Assembly: GCA_017654855.1 (NCBI GenBank)
Contig: CM030334.1
Location: 682,001-746,000, forward strand
DNA: 64,000 nucleotides
DNA from: Podospora anserina
Taxonomy: Eukaryota
Direction of reading: 5' to 3'
Shown here one piece after another: positions 10,593-22,832 of this stretch. Numbering within the stretch: position 1 is the first letter of the stretch; each line of letters begins with the position of its first letter. The notes below the pieces were generated by a model. The model was given only the letters and a program-made list of their open reading frames with translations. It searched no databases and was not told where the DNA came from. The translations under genes were made by a program, and so were the position numbers.

Positions 10593-13081
10593 ACGTGCAT
10601 AATAAGCGAGCGCCGCAAATAAGCGAGTGCTGTACTTTTCGACGCGACTTAACCCTCTACATTTAATATTCCATTTCTGAACCAAAAACCATATCTTCTA
10701 CCTCTAACGAAGCTAGAGTAATTCTGGCCGCTAAAGCTATAAAAAATAATAAAAACCTAAATAAACGAGCCGCAACGAAGATCTATAAAGTTAACGATAA
10801 AATTATTCGCCGTTAACTTACCGGTATACCTATACGACGCGATACTTTAATTAATTCGCGTAAACTTACGGATTTAAAAGAAAAAGAAATTATTTAATAT
10901 ATAATTAAGCTATTTATACGCGTATTTTATCCCCGGCTTTCGTATATAGAAAATATAGTTAATCGATTACTACGCGAACGTAACGCGCTTTCTATTAGCG
11001 TACGATAAGCTTATAACTTTATTAAACGTTAATTAAAATTTCGGACGCGTTTTACATATAAATATAATTATTAGAGGGCTAAATATAAAAATTTAAAAGT
11101 TATTAACGAATAATTTACTTTTGTACGGAATATTAAAGTTAAATATAGTATTATAGATAATAATATTTATAACTTTAATAAAATTAAATTTATAATAAAT
11201 ATTATTATTATTATTATAATTATTATAATTTTTAATAGTTGTAGTAAAGTTAAATAGGTTTAATTTAATAATCGTAAGTAAATTACGGTTATTTAAAACG
11301 TAAATACTTTAAATTAAATTATTTTATTATTTATTATTTTAATTAAATAATATTATTTTATTAATTAATATTAAAAATATAATTTTCCGGCTATTTAGCG
11401 TATTATAATAATTAATAATTATTAATGTGTGGGTACTATTAAGTGCCTTACTTACTGCCCTACAGATTAATACTACAGTGGGCAGTACTGCTATAAGCAG
11501 TAATGGAACTTCCCAGTTTGGATCCCTTTAGAATATTCTTTACAAGGGACCCTTAAAGGCTTACAGGGCTACTGTGGCCTGAGGCTTAGTCAATGGATAC
11601 TAGAACCTTCTAAAGTGGCTATAAGCTTACGTAGTAAGTTGCCACAATAGTGTGATTTACAGGGCACCTTTGCTACCGAAGGTTCTATAGATTTCCGTAA
11701 GTCTACACTAGACCCACCTAAGCCCACCAAATACCCCAAAGTGGTATAGGGGCTTCCAGGGCCTACAGGACCCACAGTAGGCCTACGAAGGCCTATATAT
11801 AGACCTCTCCTCTCTCCTGTAGAATAGTTCCTTTCTTTCTTTCCTTAAGGGCAAAAGCTTAAGGCTAAGGCCAAAGGCAATAAAGGCAATTCTTATTCCT
11901 TATACCTCACTGTATTACAGTGCTTTACCTTCCTTGGGCACTGCCGTCGTATCCTCCCGCTTCCGCTTACGCACTGCTGTATTTTACAGCAACCCTATAT
12001 AGGTTCTATATTATAAGCCTATCAGGGCTCACCAGCTAATAATAATAATTAAATTATTAATAAAAAAAGTATAAATTAAATTCGGTACTTCGATTTTTAT
12101 ATAGTATTTCGTACGAAAAGTAAATATCGGTTATTAATCTTTAACGGCCACGAAAGTTATTACTCCGAAAAATTCGAGACTTATTATTAAAAGTATAATA
12201 TTATTATATTATATATACCTCCGTACTCTTTTTATATACTTTAATTATTAAATATTAATTATTTTACGTTATTAAAGAAAATATATAACCGTTAAATTAA
12301 ATAATTAATATAAATAAATATTATATATATTAGTAAATTAAAGTTTCTTTATATATTTAAAGAAGCGTTTTTTACTTCGATTATAGAAAAAAAATATTTA
12401 GGGAGGTTTTATTAAAGCTAACTTTATACTATATAATTTAAAAAAAGTAATATTTAAACTGGATATATATATTCGGACCCTAATACCCCTAGCCTTAAAC
12501 TTAATTACGGTATTACTTTAGGTTTCTTAAATACTATATAACCCTTAGGAAATTACTTTATAATTAATGTTTATTAAAACTCGAATTTTTAACTATTAAA
12601 ATAACTTTTTAACTTTAATACTAGCCGCTATAAACTAATTTATTAAGAAAATAATAAGTATAATATACGAGGTAACTCTTTTCCGTATAGAGGTCTCTTC
12701 GCTACGTAAGGCCAATAAGGAACTTAGTAAGAGACGGAGAGCCAAAAAAATATATATACGACTTAGAGGGTCATTTACTATATAAGAGGCACAGGATCTA
12801 CTAGATTAAAAGGCTATAGGTAAGTAGGTAACCTAAGAAATATAATAAAGTGGTGGTAGTGCAGGGGGGTCTCGTACGAAGATTCGGTGCTGTGGCGTGT
12901 GCGGTAAGCCTGGCCATAATGCACATACATGCCAGGAGGCTGCAGAATCATCTGATTCATCTATTTCTAGTTCAGTTATCGTTGTTTCCTAGTGTTGTGG
13001 TTGTGTAATTGAGGATAGCTGTGGTAGGGTAGTAGAAAGTGCGGCGCTCGCTTGTCTGCGGCGCTCGCTTATCATGCACGT
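10593..13081 (+). mobile_element. RIP-mutated pogo/Fot1 (Tc1-mariner) DNA transposon interrupted by a solo LTR
   Basis: TA duplication at 10591-10592 and 13082-13083; 47-bp terminal inverted repeats (TIRs) differing only by transitions; collinear with 36027-37888; transposase C-terminal CGVCGKPGHNAHTC readable at ~12888-12932. Confidence 0.9.
11426..12034. mobile_element. Solo LTR (609 bp) of a different family inserted in the pogo transposase
   Basis: GC-richer block with TG...CA ends; flanks ATTAA/GCTAA differ only by RIP-type transitions; TATA-like ctatatatag at ~11793. Removing it leaves a pogo element of ~1.87 kb, close to the second copy. Confidence 0.7.
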
Positions 13082-13133
13082 TACGTTAAAAAACTTCACA
13101 TTTAGAAGGATACTAAACTTTGTAATTTAATTT

Positions 13134-13188
13134 TTATAATATCATAATTCTTATAATATCATAATTCTTATAATATCATAATTCTTAT
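13134..13188. repeat. 17-bp tandem repeat (TTATAATATCATAATTC) x3
   Basis: Three exact units read directly from the sequence. Confidence 0.9.
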
Positions 13189-13234
13189 TTTTAAATAAAA
13201 ACTATTAAAGGTTATGCCTCATACAGCCTGTAGG

Positions 13235-13587
13235 TGTCACGGTTCTGGTAGAAGGTGGAGAACTGGCGGACCAATAAGAACTGGACCGGGAAGGTGAGCG
13301 GGGCTTACGGTCCAGTGGCCAGGACGGACTAATGAAATCGGGACCGGGGACCGCGGCGGGGCTCACGGTTCATGGTCCACGGTCCCCAGGTCTATATATA
13401 CGGAGGAACTAGATGGGTAGCAGATAGTTCCACAGTATGCAATTCAAGTCACATTCGTTGGTATCGAGACTCTTGTGATTGAGACAACCCATTTGCTGTG
13501 CACTGTTTAGCTGCACCGGACCAAGATTGTCTAGAAACGCCTTCGACTAGTATCCCTTTCAGAGGTTCTGGATAGGGGTTCGTCACA
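13235..13587 (+). mobile_element. Solo LTR (353 bp), little RIP damage
   Basis: TGTCAC...GTCACA ends; flanks GTAGG/ATAGA fit a TSD with two G>A changes; homologous to 4864-5265 and 9093-9490. Confidence 0.85.
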
Positions 13588-13724
13588 ATAGAATTATAAT
13601 TTGATAGAAAAAAAAAGGGAGGAAACAGACTATTAAGAGATGTCATTAACTTATAGTAAAGACACTGCGGATTATCTACAGTGCTCGCTGCACTACTCCC
13701 ACGACTCCCTCGGAGCAAAAAAAG

Positions 13725-14460
13725 TTAAAAATGCGAGGCAGAATCAGTCGTCTCCATGTCTCTGGCTCTGATCATCCAATTCTTTGGTGATTCCCCATCC
13801 CTATGCCACGGTTTCTCGTGACATGGCAGAGAGATATCCATCAACAAGGCAAACAAGGGGTTTGTCAAAAACCCTCTCACTGGATCCCGATGACAGTGTT
13901 CAAAAGGTCTCTTGATACCTCCTTGCCTGAGCAGAAGGTTGATATTTGACAGCCGGAGACCAGAAGAAACAATAGAGAGAGGCGTCACCAGCATCCCTCG
14001 AAAGTTTACCTGCTCTGTAAGCCTCACCACCGGCACATTTTTGATCAATTCAAGTAGCACGAATGGTGAGCGCTCATTAAGTCTCCCACAATAATAAACT
14101 AGGTACGGGAGGTAATCCGCCTCGGGGTCCATCACTCGTGCCAGCATTCTGACGTGGAAGGAATTTCGAGCATGCGCTAGCAGGTAGCCCCAAATCTCTT
14201 CCAGCGGACTCTCGTCAGATCGCTGGAGATAAGAGTGTAGGACGAAAAAGCCCTTGAACCCTGTAGTCCTCCAACGCCACCAGTCTGGCTTTGCGGTACA
14301 GCCAGTCAGGGTCGTGCTTGAAGCAGGTCTCGTTGCAATACTTGATCAGCGATCGAAGACAACTTACTGCATCGAATCTTAAGCAGAGCTCCAGTAGCAG
14401 GTGCATACCCATAGTGTGATGCAAACGGTCGTTTTCGCCGTCCAAAGCATCGCGGTACAT
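13725..14460 (-). pseudogene. Possible fragmented hypothetical gene
   Basis: Two consecutive protein-like minus-strand ORFs (14460-14215, 14147-13725) in different frames next to the RIP island; no family recognised. Confidence 0.3.
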
Positions 14461-15011
14461 GAGTAGCCCGAGGAACCCAATGTACCGGTTGTCGGCATTG
14501 ACTCGGTGTTGATGGCCATACTGACCAGATGAGGCAGGTATATGAGATAATATAGCGTTGATGGTGTTCTAGTGCTTTGTTGGTATGTGTGTATTGATGA
14601 TGAATGAAGTTGGATGGCCTAGAAGTAAGGTCTGAAGCTTGGAGGTGGATTTCGATTACTGAAATATGCTTCTACCGATAGCATTGTTAATTCATAAGTC
14701 CTTTCTTCATCCTGAAACATACATGTGGCGTGTTTCCGTGATGGATACCCAGTTTCAGAAAATACAAAGTACAGCAAGACAGTCCTGTAGGTAGAATTGT
14801 ATGTCTTTGTTGCTTCTACACAATGACTTTGTCCCCGGCTATAGACATGTCTTTTTTTCAAAACAAAGATTTGATGGCCAACAGAAACAGCGCCTTTTCC
14901 CAGCCATGCCCAAACACCAAGCTGGCCAGGTTCTGTACAAAATGACACCCCGACAGGCATAATACATGCGCCGCTCGATCCATCTTTGATCAAGCAAGCC
15001 GGTCATCTTGT

Positions 15012-16145
15012 TCAACCCGACTTGCCACGCAAGAGAGCCGTTGCAAGGGTTGCAGGCTGTTCCAAGATGACAGCTGGACCAGCAATGACAGACTCCTTTG
15101 TGGGCGCCCCCTGTCGATCCGCAACGCACGCAACGATGACCCCCTTGGTCTCAAAGTTGCGAGGGATAGTCACCCAGATCTCCTCGCGGGGCCAGTGACG
15201 CGTGTTAACGGGAACACTGATACTGGCCGTTGCATGAAAGAACACGGCATAATACTGGATGCGCTTGTTGAAGTAGGGCTGGTTACGTGGGTCGTCAAAG
15301 TGCAGACTGATCCTCGAGCCTGGCGTCAGGCTCACAGTGTCCTTCCCAGCCGAAAGGGCCGGCAGCCGTTGTCGGTTGTGGGGAAATTCCGGGTTCTCAT
15401 GCGGACAGCTTCCAGGGACAATGAATGCATTGGTGGAGTCCAGAATTTCACCGGCGAAAGGGAAGATGGTGTCGGATGGACCGCCGAATGGATCTGCCTT
15501 CCAAATGTCCAGCAGCGCCCACACCTCGTGGCGGGTTTCAACCTCGGCGATGGCCAACATGGCTCCTTTGTTGAAGTCGAGCTTGGGAAGCTGCACCAGA
15601 CCCGTAAGGAAGGCCATGCTGGAAATCTCAAGTACCGTCATCAGCGCCATATACCCAACGGGCTCAGTAAAGGGGAACCGGTATTGGCAACGACCGGGCT
15701 TGATGGAGGTCGGCGAGATTTGGTTCTGGAAGATGCGCAGATGGCCGGCCTCGTTATTGCGGATCTCCATCAGGCGCCTATACGTGGTGTTGGGCATGCC
15801 CGCCTTGACGAAATCTTGTGGGGTGAAGGCCTCAATACCTTGCTGATAAAACTCAAAGATTAGCCATTCGGCCGACAAGAGGTTCTGCCAAACCCAGTCA
15901 TCAACACCAGGGGGCCCTTTCTGGGTTGGGAAGATTGGATCCGAAATGTTGCCTGGAAAAGGTCTATCGGTGCCCCAGTAATAATTGTAAAGATCTGACT
16001 GGCCTGGAATTGGGCCGTATGTGGGATCCGCCAGTCTCTGGGCTTCTCCGGAATAATGAGGCGGTACCAGAGAAGCCGGGGCTGCTCTCACATGGGCGCA
16101 CAAGAGCGTCACTGCCCATGCCAGGAGGGGGGATTTGACGGCCAT
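15012..16145 (-). CDS. Secreted ferritin-like domain protein (Rds1-like)
   Basis: 377-aa intronless ORF with a signal peptide; ferritin-like carboxylate/His motifs AEWLIFEFYQQG, NNEAGH, LEISS, EVETRH. Confidence 0.75.
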   Translation of the reverse strand: MAVKSPLLAWAVTLLCAHVRAAPASLVPPHYSGEAQRLADPTYGPIPGQSDLYNYYWGTDRPFPGNISDPIFPTQKGPPGVDDWVWQNLLSAEWLIFEFYQQGIEAFTPQDFVKAGMPNTTYRRLMEIRNNEAGHLRIFQNQISPTSIKPGRCQYRFPFTEPVGYMALMTVLEISSMAFLTGLVQLPKLDFNKGAMLAIAEVETRHEVWALLDIWKADPFGGPSDTIFPFAGEILDSTNAFIVPGSCPHENPEFPHNRQRLPALSAGKDTVSLTPGSRISLHFDDPRNQPYFNKRIQYYAVFFHATASISVPVNTRHWPREEIWVTIPRNFETKGVIVACVADRQGAPTKESVIAGPAVILEQPATLATALLRGKSG

Positions 16146-16887
16146 AATGCCGAGAAGTATCGAATCTGAATCTCGGACTTATTGTTTTGAAGAACCTGAA
16201 GGTTGAGGCTGGACTGGGAAGATATTATATGAAGACAAAACGGGGGCTGATCCCAGCACGCGATCAACTTGTTTCGAAGGTAAAGAAGACAGACAGGAGG
16301 CGGTCTTTTGAGATACGAGGGAATTGAAACTACTCACGGAACGGGCCCAAGAACACCCAAGAAAATCCGGCTCAAAACCATCCGGTACGCGACTCATTCC
16401 GTCTGCGCACCGGGAGGAAGACTGCAAGTAAAACGTGCGGTAAACTAGGAACGTGGTGTTTTCACACTGAAGCTGCCTCAAAGCCATTCGCAACCGGGCG
16501 AACCTTGAGTAAGTAGTCGGTGCGATGAAAGATTCTCGGGTCGGAGTCTTGGGTAACGGTTGCAGTTGAAGAAGGAAGCAGATTTGGACGGTCCCTCATC
16601 ATTGCCGCCGGCCTTGCGTATCGCGACCGACGATGCACCGGCGTATACCAGTATTCTCTCGGATATTGCTGAAAAGGTCATTAAAACCCTGGATCAAGGC
16701 GCCGTGGGTGACGACCTTCCCTCCACGGAATATCAACGGCTGACCGAGCATTCGGGACTGTCTCCAAGCTCCGGGATCCTGTCGCACTACATCAAGAGAG
16801 GAGACGGTTTTCGTGAGCAATGCTTTTCTTGGACCTCTTACTCTTCTGTTGACTTATACCTACCCTGCGTTTCACCTTTCTGTTATC

Positions 16888-18580
16888 ATGTTCCTGTTTG
16901 CCCTCGCAGTGGCAGCGGCTATTTGCGTGTTCCAGCTTGCTCACTCTATCCAGAGAAAGAAATCTGTCCGACGGCGAAATGATGAAGAAGCAGCTCGGTT
17001 GGGATGCAGCCCCGCTCGCGTGATGCCCACCAAGGGGTTCTTGGGGTTCGGCCGGCTTGTTGAGAGTGTCAAGGCCACCAAGGCCGACAGAGGTCCCCAG
17101 TACGTCGTCGAGGCCATCAACCAGGAGATGGGCAAAGATGTGCACACCTGTGTGGTCCCGATTGCCGACTACGAGCTTATCGTGACCCGCGATCCCGCCA
17201 ACGTCCAGGCCATGCTCGCCAGCAAGGCCCCCGACTGGGATGTTGGGGAGCAGAGAAATGCTAGTTGGAAACCGCTTTTTGGCTCCGGCGTCTTCACCAG
17301 TAGAGGCGAAGCCTGGAAGCACTCCCGTGCTCTGGTGCGACCTCAGTTCACCAAAGACCAGATCAACGACCTTGCTTTGATCGAGCGCCATGTCCAGCAG
17401 TTGTTCTCTGCCATTGACAGATCATACGGAGCTGGTGAGAAGGGATGGACCGCCAGTTTCGACCTGCAGCCCCTTTTTTACAACATGACCCTGGACATCA
17501 CCACCGAGCTTATTTATGGGTACTCGGTTCATTCTCAGAACCCATCGGAGCGGGTTGAGTTGCCAGTTATCCCTGGGTATGAACCTCCCGACCGAGAGAA
17601 TATCGGCACCCACATGGACGCCGGGAAGGCTTGGGTAGAGACACGAGGAGCCCTCTGGAAATACCGCTGGCTGCTGCCGACCAGGGAGTTCAACGCCCAC
17701 TGCGCAGCTGTGCATAAATACTCCGAGTGGTTTGTGCAGTTGAGGCTCCAGCGCGGAGACAAGTATTTGGCCGGGATTCAGTCCGAGACTGGGCTCACCT
17801 CTCCGGGTCGCTACATCCTCTTAGATGAGCTTGCAAAGCTAACACAGGACCCCGTTGAGCTGCGCAGCCAGACACTCAACATCCTTACTGCCGGTCGAGA
17901 CACCACAGCTTCCCTAATTGGATGGGTTTTCTACTTCCTGGCACGCCATCAGGAAGTCTTCAACAAGCTGCGAGAGCAAATTCTACAACAGTTTGGTCCA
18001 TACCACCCATCCCAACCGAGCGGCATCGAGTTCAAAGAGCTGCGAGACTCCATCCCATACATCAACTCGGTCGTCAATGAGGCCCTTCGTATGGCGCCTG
18101 TCATCCCGCTCAATGAAAGAGTAGCCGTCCGGGACACGGTTTTGCCGCGGGGCGGCGGGGACGACGGCAACGACCCCATGTTTGTGCCGAAGGGAACGCA
18201 GGTCCTCATCCCAACTTACGCCATGACGAGGAGGGATGATATCTGGGGCCCTGACGTGAATCATTTCCGACCTGAAAGGTGGGAGGAGAATGGAGGCCGC
18301 AAATTCGGCTTCGAGTTCATTCCATTTGGCGGCGGTATCCGTCAGTGTTTGGGTCGTGAGTATTCGCTCCTCCCGTGGAGGTTGGCTCAGAAGAACCTGG
18401 ACTGACAGAAAGACAGAACAATTTGCGCGAACGAAAACCGCATATGTTATTGTGAGATTACTGCAGCGATACGACAAGATCGAGAACGCGCAAGAGCCAG
18501 CCGATGCCCCTATGAGGTTCCACCATACCATCGAAAACAGAAGCGGGAGCGGTGTGCAGGTCAGGCTGCACGAGGCATGA
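16888..18580 (+). CDS. Cytochrome P450, CYP52-like
   Basis: N-terminal membrane anchor; AGRDTTA, EALR, PERW, PFGGGIRQCLG; one GT-AG intron at 18356-18416 restores CLGQQFA; stop at 18578-18580. Confidence 0.92.
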
Positions 18581-19040
18581 TTTTCATTGGCGTGTGTTTG
18601 TAGTATCGCTCTGCGAATAATTTATGGCGTCCTGGTTTTGAAGCATGTTGATGATCAGGTTTGTGATAAGGCTGTTCGCCAAGACACCCAATACCACTCC
18701 AGGATTGTTCTGAGTGAGGGTCAGGACGGCCGGTTCCGAGATTTCCAGACCTCAAACTCCACTGCAGCGCAAGAAAGCTTCAGGGCCAGGCAAATGAGGG
18801 CACCAATCGAGAGTCCTGAAGTATCGCAGAATTACTCCGATAAGGGAAAAGAAGCACCCCACATCGCATCATCCCCAAGGCGTGCTATCCCGGCACGCCC
18901 GGCTTGATAAGACACCACCTCGGAATGTGTTGTCCAGATCCCCGCACAAACCAAGTTCAAGTCAAACTATTCTTTTCATAAACTTGACTTTCCTTTCCTT
19001 TGAATACATTCCTATCATCCGTTCCACATCAATAACGAAA

Positions 19041-20348
19041 ATGACAATCAACAAGACCCTGCGGGGTCACAAACTTTTGATGGTCATGCCCTGGGAACAG
19101 CCGGCCGAGTTCATGGAGAATCTCAAAGCTGAGTTTCCGGGCTTGCAAGTGGTCACCTATCGACAAACAGAATGGGACCAGACTTGGGCCCCGTTCCCTG
19201 ACGAGGAATGGAAGGATGTCACCGTCCTCTTGACTTTTACGGTGTTGCCGACGCCGGAACAAGCCCCAAAGCTGGAATACGTCCAACTCATGAGGTAAGA
19301 ATAGCATGATTGGCACAGGACCAGTACGAAGTACGTGGCATGGCTGATTAAACCTCCCTTTGATGAAGTGCTGGCGCCAACCATGTGTTGGATCTGCCAA
19401 TCTTCAAGGACACCGAAGCAAAGTTTTGTACAGCCAATGGCGTTCACGGCCCCCAGATATCGGAATGGATCATTGGCACATATCTAGCCTTTCAACATCG
19501 ATGTGGGTGTTTTGCTTCGCCTCTTCCCTCCTAATACCTGATTTCATCTTCAACACTGACCCATCTCTCCTCCCCAGTTCCCCAGTATCATGAAAAACAG
19601 AAAGAAGGCCGATGGGATCGATCTGACTTGAACCTTATTGATGATGCCGTCCAGAAAACAATGTTGGTCTCCCCGTGCTGTTCCCTCCATGCTTTACCTT
19701 TACCGTTGGGCTCATCAAGATTAACACGCCGTCAGCGGAATTCTGGGCTATGGCTCAATAGGCCGTCAAACAGCCCGTCTAGCCACTGCCATGGGCATGA
19801 ACGTCCATGCTTACACCCTCCATCCTCGCACTACACCCGCCTCGAAAAAAGACCATTCTTGGACGCCCCCAGGGCTTGGAGACCCCGATGGGATCTACCC
19901 TTCCAAATGGTTCTCGGGCTCTTCGCGCGCAGACTTGCATGCTTTCCTGACCTCTGGGCTCGACCTGCTGGTTATCGCCACCCCCCTGACGCCCAACACT
20001 CAACACCTACTCGCAGCGGCCGAGTTTGAGTTGCTGGCGGCGGACGGCAGGAAGGGAAGGACATTCGTTTCCAACATTGCCCGCGGACCTGTGGTCAACA
20101 CACCAGATATCATTCACGCGCTGAAGGGAGGGTTGATCAAAGGTGCAGCTCTGGATGTGACTGACCCTGAACCTCTTCCAGATGGACACGAGCTCTGGAG
20201 TATGGAAAACGTCATCATCACTCCCCATGTATCTGGCGCATCGACACATTACAATGAAAGAGTCCTGTCCATCTTGGAATACAACCTCAAGAGATTGAGC
20301 GAGGACACGGAACCGGTCAACAAAGTCAATAAGAGAGAGGGCTATTAG
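19041..20348 (+). CDS. D-isomer-specific 2-hydroxyacid dehydrogenase (spliced)
   Basis: GILGYGSIG, SNIARGPVV, AALDVTDPEPLP, ITPHVSG; three apparent GT-AG introns between ~19295 and ~19735. Confidence 0.9.
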
Positions 20349-20589
20349 AAGACACGTTGAAAGGACAAACAAGTACCTCGTACTGTTGGATAGGGTGAAT
20401 TGACTAATGCGGCGGATGCTAAAAAAACAGGAACTTATCTCCCAATCGAAGAGTATGCATTCAATGGCGTGTATCAACCTCTTCCGGCCAAGCTCTAAAG
20501 GAGTAACGAGAAACCGACTGTGGATGCTACATCAGTACCCACATTCCATACAGAATTAAATATTAAATCTACCGAACGTCAACTAGCCA

Positions 20590-21732
20590 TCATAGCAGAG
20601 AAGTCGGCCTTCTGATTCCCAGATCATCACCATCGTCCTCGTGGTCTGTAATGTCGAGATCAATATCGCCAAAGTCTGGAATCTCCAAGATGTCTGGTGT
20701 TGCCAGCTCGTGTCGGTTGCCGATTGTTTCTGGCATCGGGGAGGGCATTTCGTGCACAGCTGTGAAACTATCGGCTTCGTGGATTGACGTGAACGGGTGT
20801 GTGGGCGGTTTCGTCAGCCCCTTCTCTCGAAAGATCAGAGTTGATGTATTGTGTACCGCGGTGCCAGGAGTCGGAAGAGGAGGAGGGGCAAGAAATGATT
20901 CGGACGAAAAGAGCGGCGGAATTGCTGATTTTTCCGTGGTCATCAACCGTTTCTCTTCACGGCGTATCCATGCTCGATGACCCAGCCATGCGAGGACGAG
21001 GAGAACAGCCAGCCCGGCAAGGACGCCGCCAACAATTGCGATAATGACACCGGTGGATGGCCGTCCCCCTCCGACAACTGTTCCGTCAGAACTGTCCGAG
21101 CTGTTCGATCCTGGAGGCAACGATGTTGGGTTCGGAAGGGGCGACCTATACTCATCGGTCGGAGTTGCTGTGTTGGAGGGATCGGTCGAGTTTGCCCCAC
21201 CTGTCGAGCCTGCTACTGCCTGGAAGAACTTCTTGCTTGAAGCTTGTGACGGCGACGTCCCTGATCCGCCGAGAGATTCCAGCCCATTATGACGCCCACC
21301 TCCTTCGTCATCGCCATTCCCCCCATTGTCCCCGCTTCCTTTGTCATGACTTGTTTCGCTTCCAGTGCCTCCCTTGCCGCCAGTATTGCCCTCGTCGCCA
21401 TGCTCCCTACTGCTTCCACCGCCGCTTTGACTTGTCCCGCTTCTACTATCACCACCGCGCCCGCTTCCAATACCGCTACCGCTATCGCTCCCGCTTCCAC
21501 CACTGCTCCCACTCCCACTCCCACTCCCACTGCCGCCGCCGTTGCTACCGCCGCCTCCGGTGCTGGTTCCGCTTCCACTCCCGCTTCCTGTCCCGCCCCC
21601 CCAGCCGTTATCACCCCCCGTCGAGGTGCCTGTGCTCGGAGGTGGGTTCCGCCGAACACATCTCCTCTTGATGCGTGGTTCTTCATGAAACCCCCACAAC
21701 CCCTTCCGCGCGATGGATATCGTGTTACCCAT
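20590..21732 (-). CDS. Gly/Ser-rich single-pass membrane protein
   Basis: ORF with a long G/S/T low-complexity region, one transmembrane (TM) helix (VIIAIVGGVLAGLAVLLVLAWLG) followed by basic residues, and a tail with HEAD/HEMP/HELA repeats. Start codon is uncertain. Confidence 0.7.
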   Translation of the reverse strand: MGNTISIARKGLWGFHEEPRIKRRCVRRNPPPSTGTSTGGDNGWGGGTGSGSGSGTSTGGGGSNGGGSGSGSGSGSSGGSGSDSGSGIGSGRGGDSRSGTSQSGGGSSREHGDEGNTGGKGGTGSETSHDKGSGDNGGNGDDEGGGRHNGLESLGGSGTSPSQASSKKFFQAVAGSTGGANSTDPSNTATPTDEYRSPLPNPTSLPPGSNSSDSSDGTVVGGGRPSTGVIIAIVGGVLAGLAVLLVLAWLGHRAWIRREEKRLMTTEKSAIPPLFSSESFLAPPPLPTPGTAVHNTSTLIFREKGLTKPPTHPFTSIHEADSFTAVHEMPSPMPETIGNRHELATPDILEIPDFGDIDLDITDHEDDGDDLGIRRPTSLL

Positions 21733-22750
21733 CTCTGTGTCTCTTTTCCAAGAAGAAGTGTTATGCAGCAAAATAAAAGAAAGGCAGCGAATGCTAAACT
21801 GCGCAAAATTGAAAGAGTGTAATCAGCGCTTCACACTGGGAGCCTTCAAGAAATTATGGCCTCGTGTGGGTGGCCGTCCCATGTAGAATGGTGGTCGTTG
21901 ATAGTCGCACCACAGACGATGGCGAGGTGTAACCGAGCACAAAAGAGAAAGGAAAGAGGGAAACGCCACGAGGAGGCAAGACGGGAGAAAAAGAGAAGGC
22001 GGAGGAGGTCGGGGAATGTTCTCCTGGTACGGCGCAGCAGACCACCCATGCCACCACCAACAACTTTGCCCGGTTTTTGGTGTCGACTGTCGATATTGAG
22101 GCACTAAGCCCATCCACTTCCAGGAACCTACTCACCTGTGCCTCGAGGACCTGGACAGGATGCCCGTGGCATCACACCGCAGTGCGTCTGACAATCTCGT
22201 GACTCGAAGGTGCACGGGTCGTGGATGATGGGCGGGTGTTGGCTCCGGCGAGAACGAGATTATGATTGAGGCACAGGATGCAGGTTAGGTGCAGGTAGAT
22301 GGGTTGATCATGGTGCCAGCAGCAAGTCACCGTCACCTGGGGGCCGGGGATTGAGGAGTTGGCATGATCCCGCATGCGGGTGCTCATCTTGTTTGTTGGT
22401 GCAGTTGATGGGGAACGCGGCGAACGGAGGCGTGGCATATCACTTCGAGTTTTGAATTGCAGATGCACGACACCTATTTACTGTCATTCCTCATCTGTTG
22501 ACGAAATAATACGCTGAAATGTTTTACTATATGGGTTGTGTTCCAATGATTTTGATGATGTACTCGAACTCCTCACCCTTACGCGAGTGCTCACTTATAG
22601 ATAGACGGGCGGTGACAACAAAAATGACATCGCTGAGTGCAACTGTGTGAGAAATGAATAGATGAATAAAAACAGAAAGCGTCGGACTTTGACCATGACA
22701 AGAACTGGTGGCACTGGAGATAGTGTGTAGAAAAAGTGCAAAAGATATGT

Positions 22751-22832
22751 CGACGTGGGCCTGATTCGAACAGACGCTCCCGAAGGAACAAGATTTCTAG
22801 TCTTGCGCATTAGACCACTCTGCCACCACGCC
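22751..22832 (-). tRNA. tRNA-Ser (anticodon AGA)
   Basis: GGCGTGG...CCACGTC-G acceptor stem; anticodon arm CAAGA CT AGA AA TCTTG; long variable arm; TTCGAAT T-loop; oligo-T terminator downstream. Confidence 0.95.

Larger units (their letters stand above)
9496..13660. repeat. AT-rich RIP island: unidentified host repeat with nested insertions
   Basis: Strong AT richness and TpA excess outside the identifiable inserted elements; sharp compositional borders. Confidence 0.7.

Noticed and set aside
13134-13188. CRISPR-like or telomeric array
   Set aside because: Spacerless 17-bp tandem duplication in eukaryotic RIP-mutated DNA.
9093-13587. Two related LTRs bracketing the AT-rich island as one composite element
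   Set aside because: They are in opposite orientation, have different 5' halves and each has its own TSD, so they are independent solo LTRs.
21057-21822. Ala/Thr/Pro-rich plus-strand ORFs and an alternative-frame minus ORF with a hydrophobic start
   Set aside because: These are shadows of the low-complexity Gly/Ser gene; the hydrophobic ORF starts at TTG in a pyrimidine-rich leader.
22751-22832. Reading the tRNA as Leu(TAG)
   Set aside because: The 7-nt loop CT-AGA-AA centres on AGA and the discriminator is G, so it is Ser.
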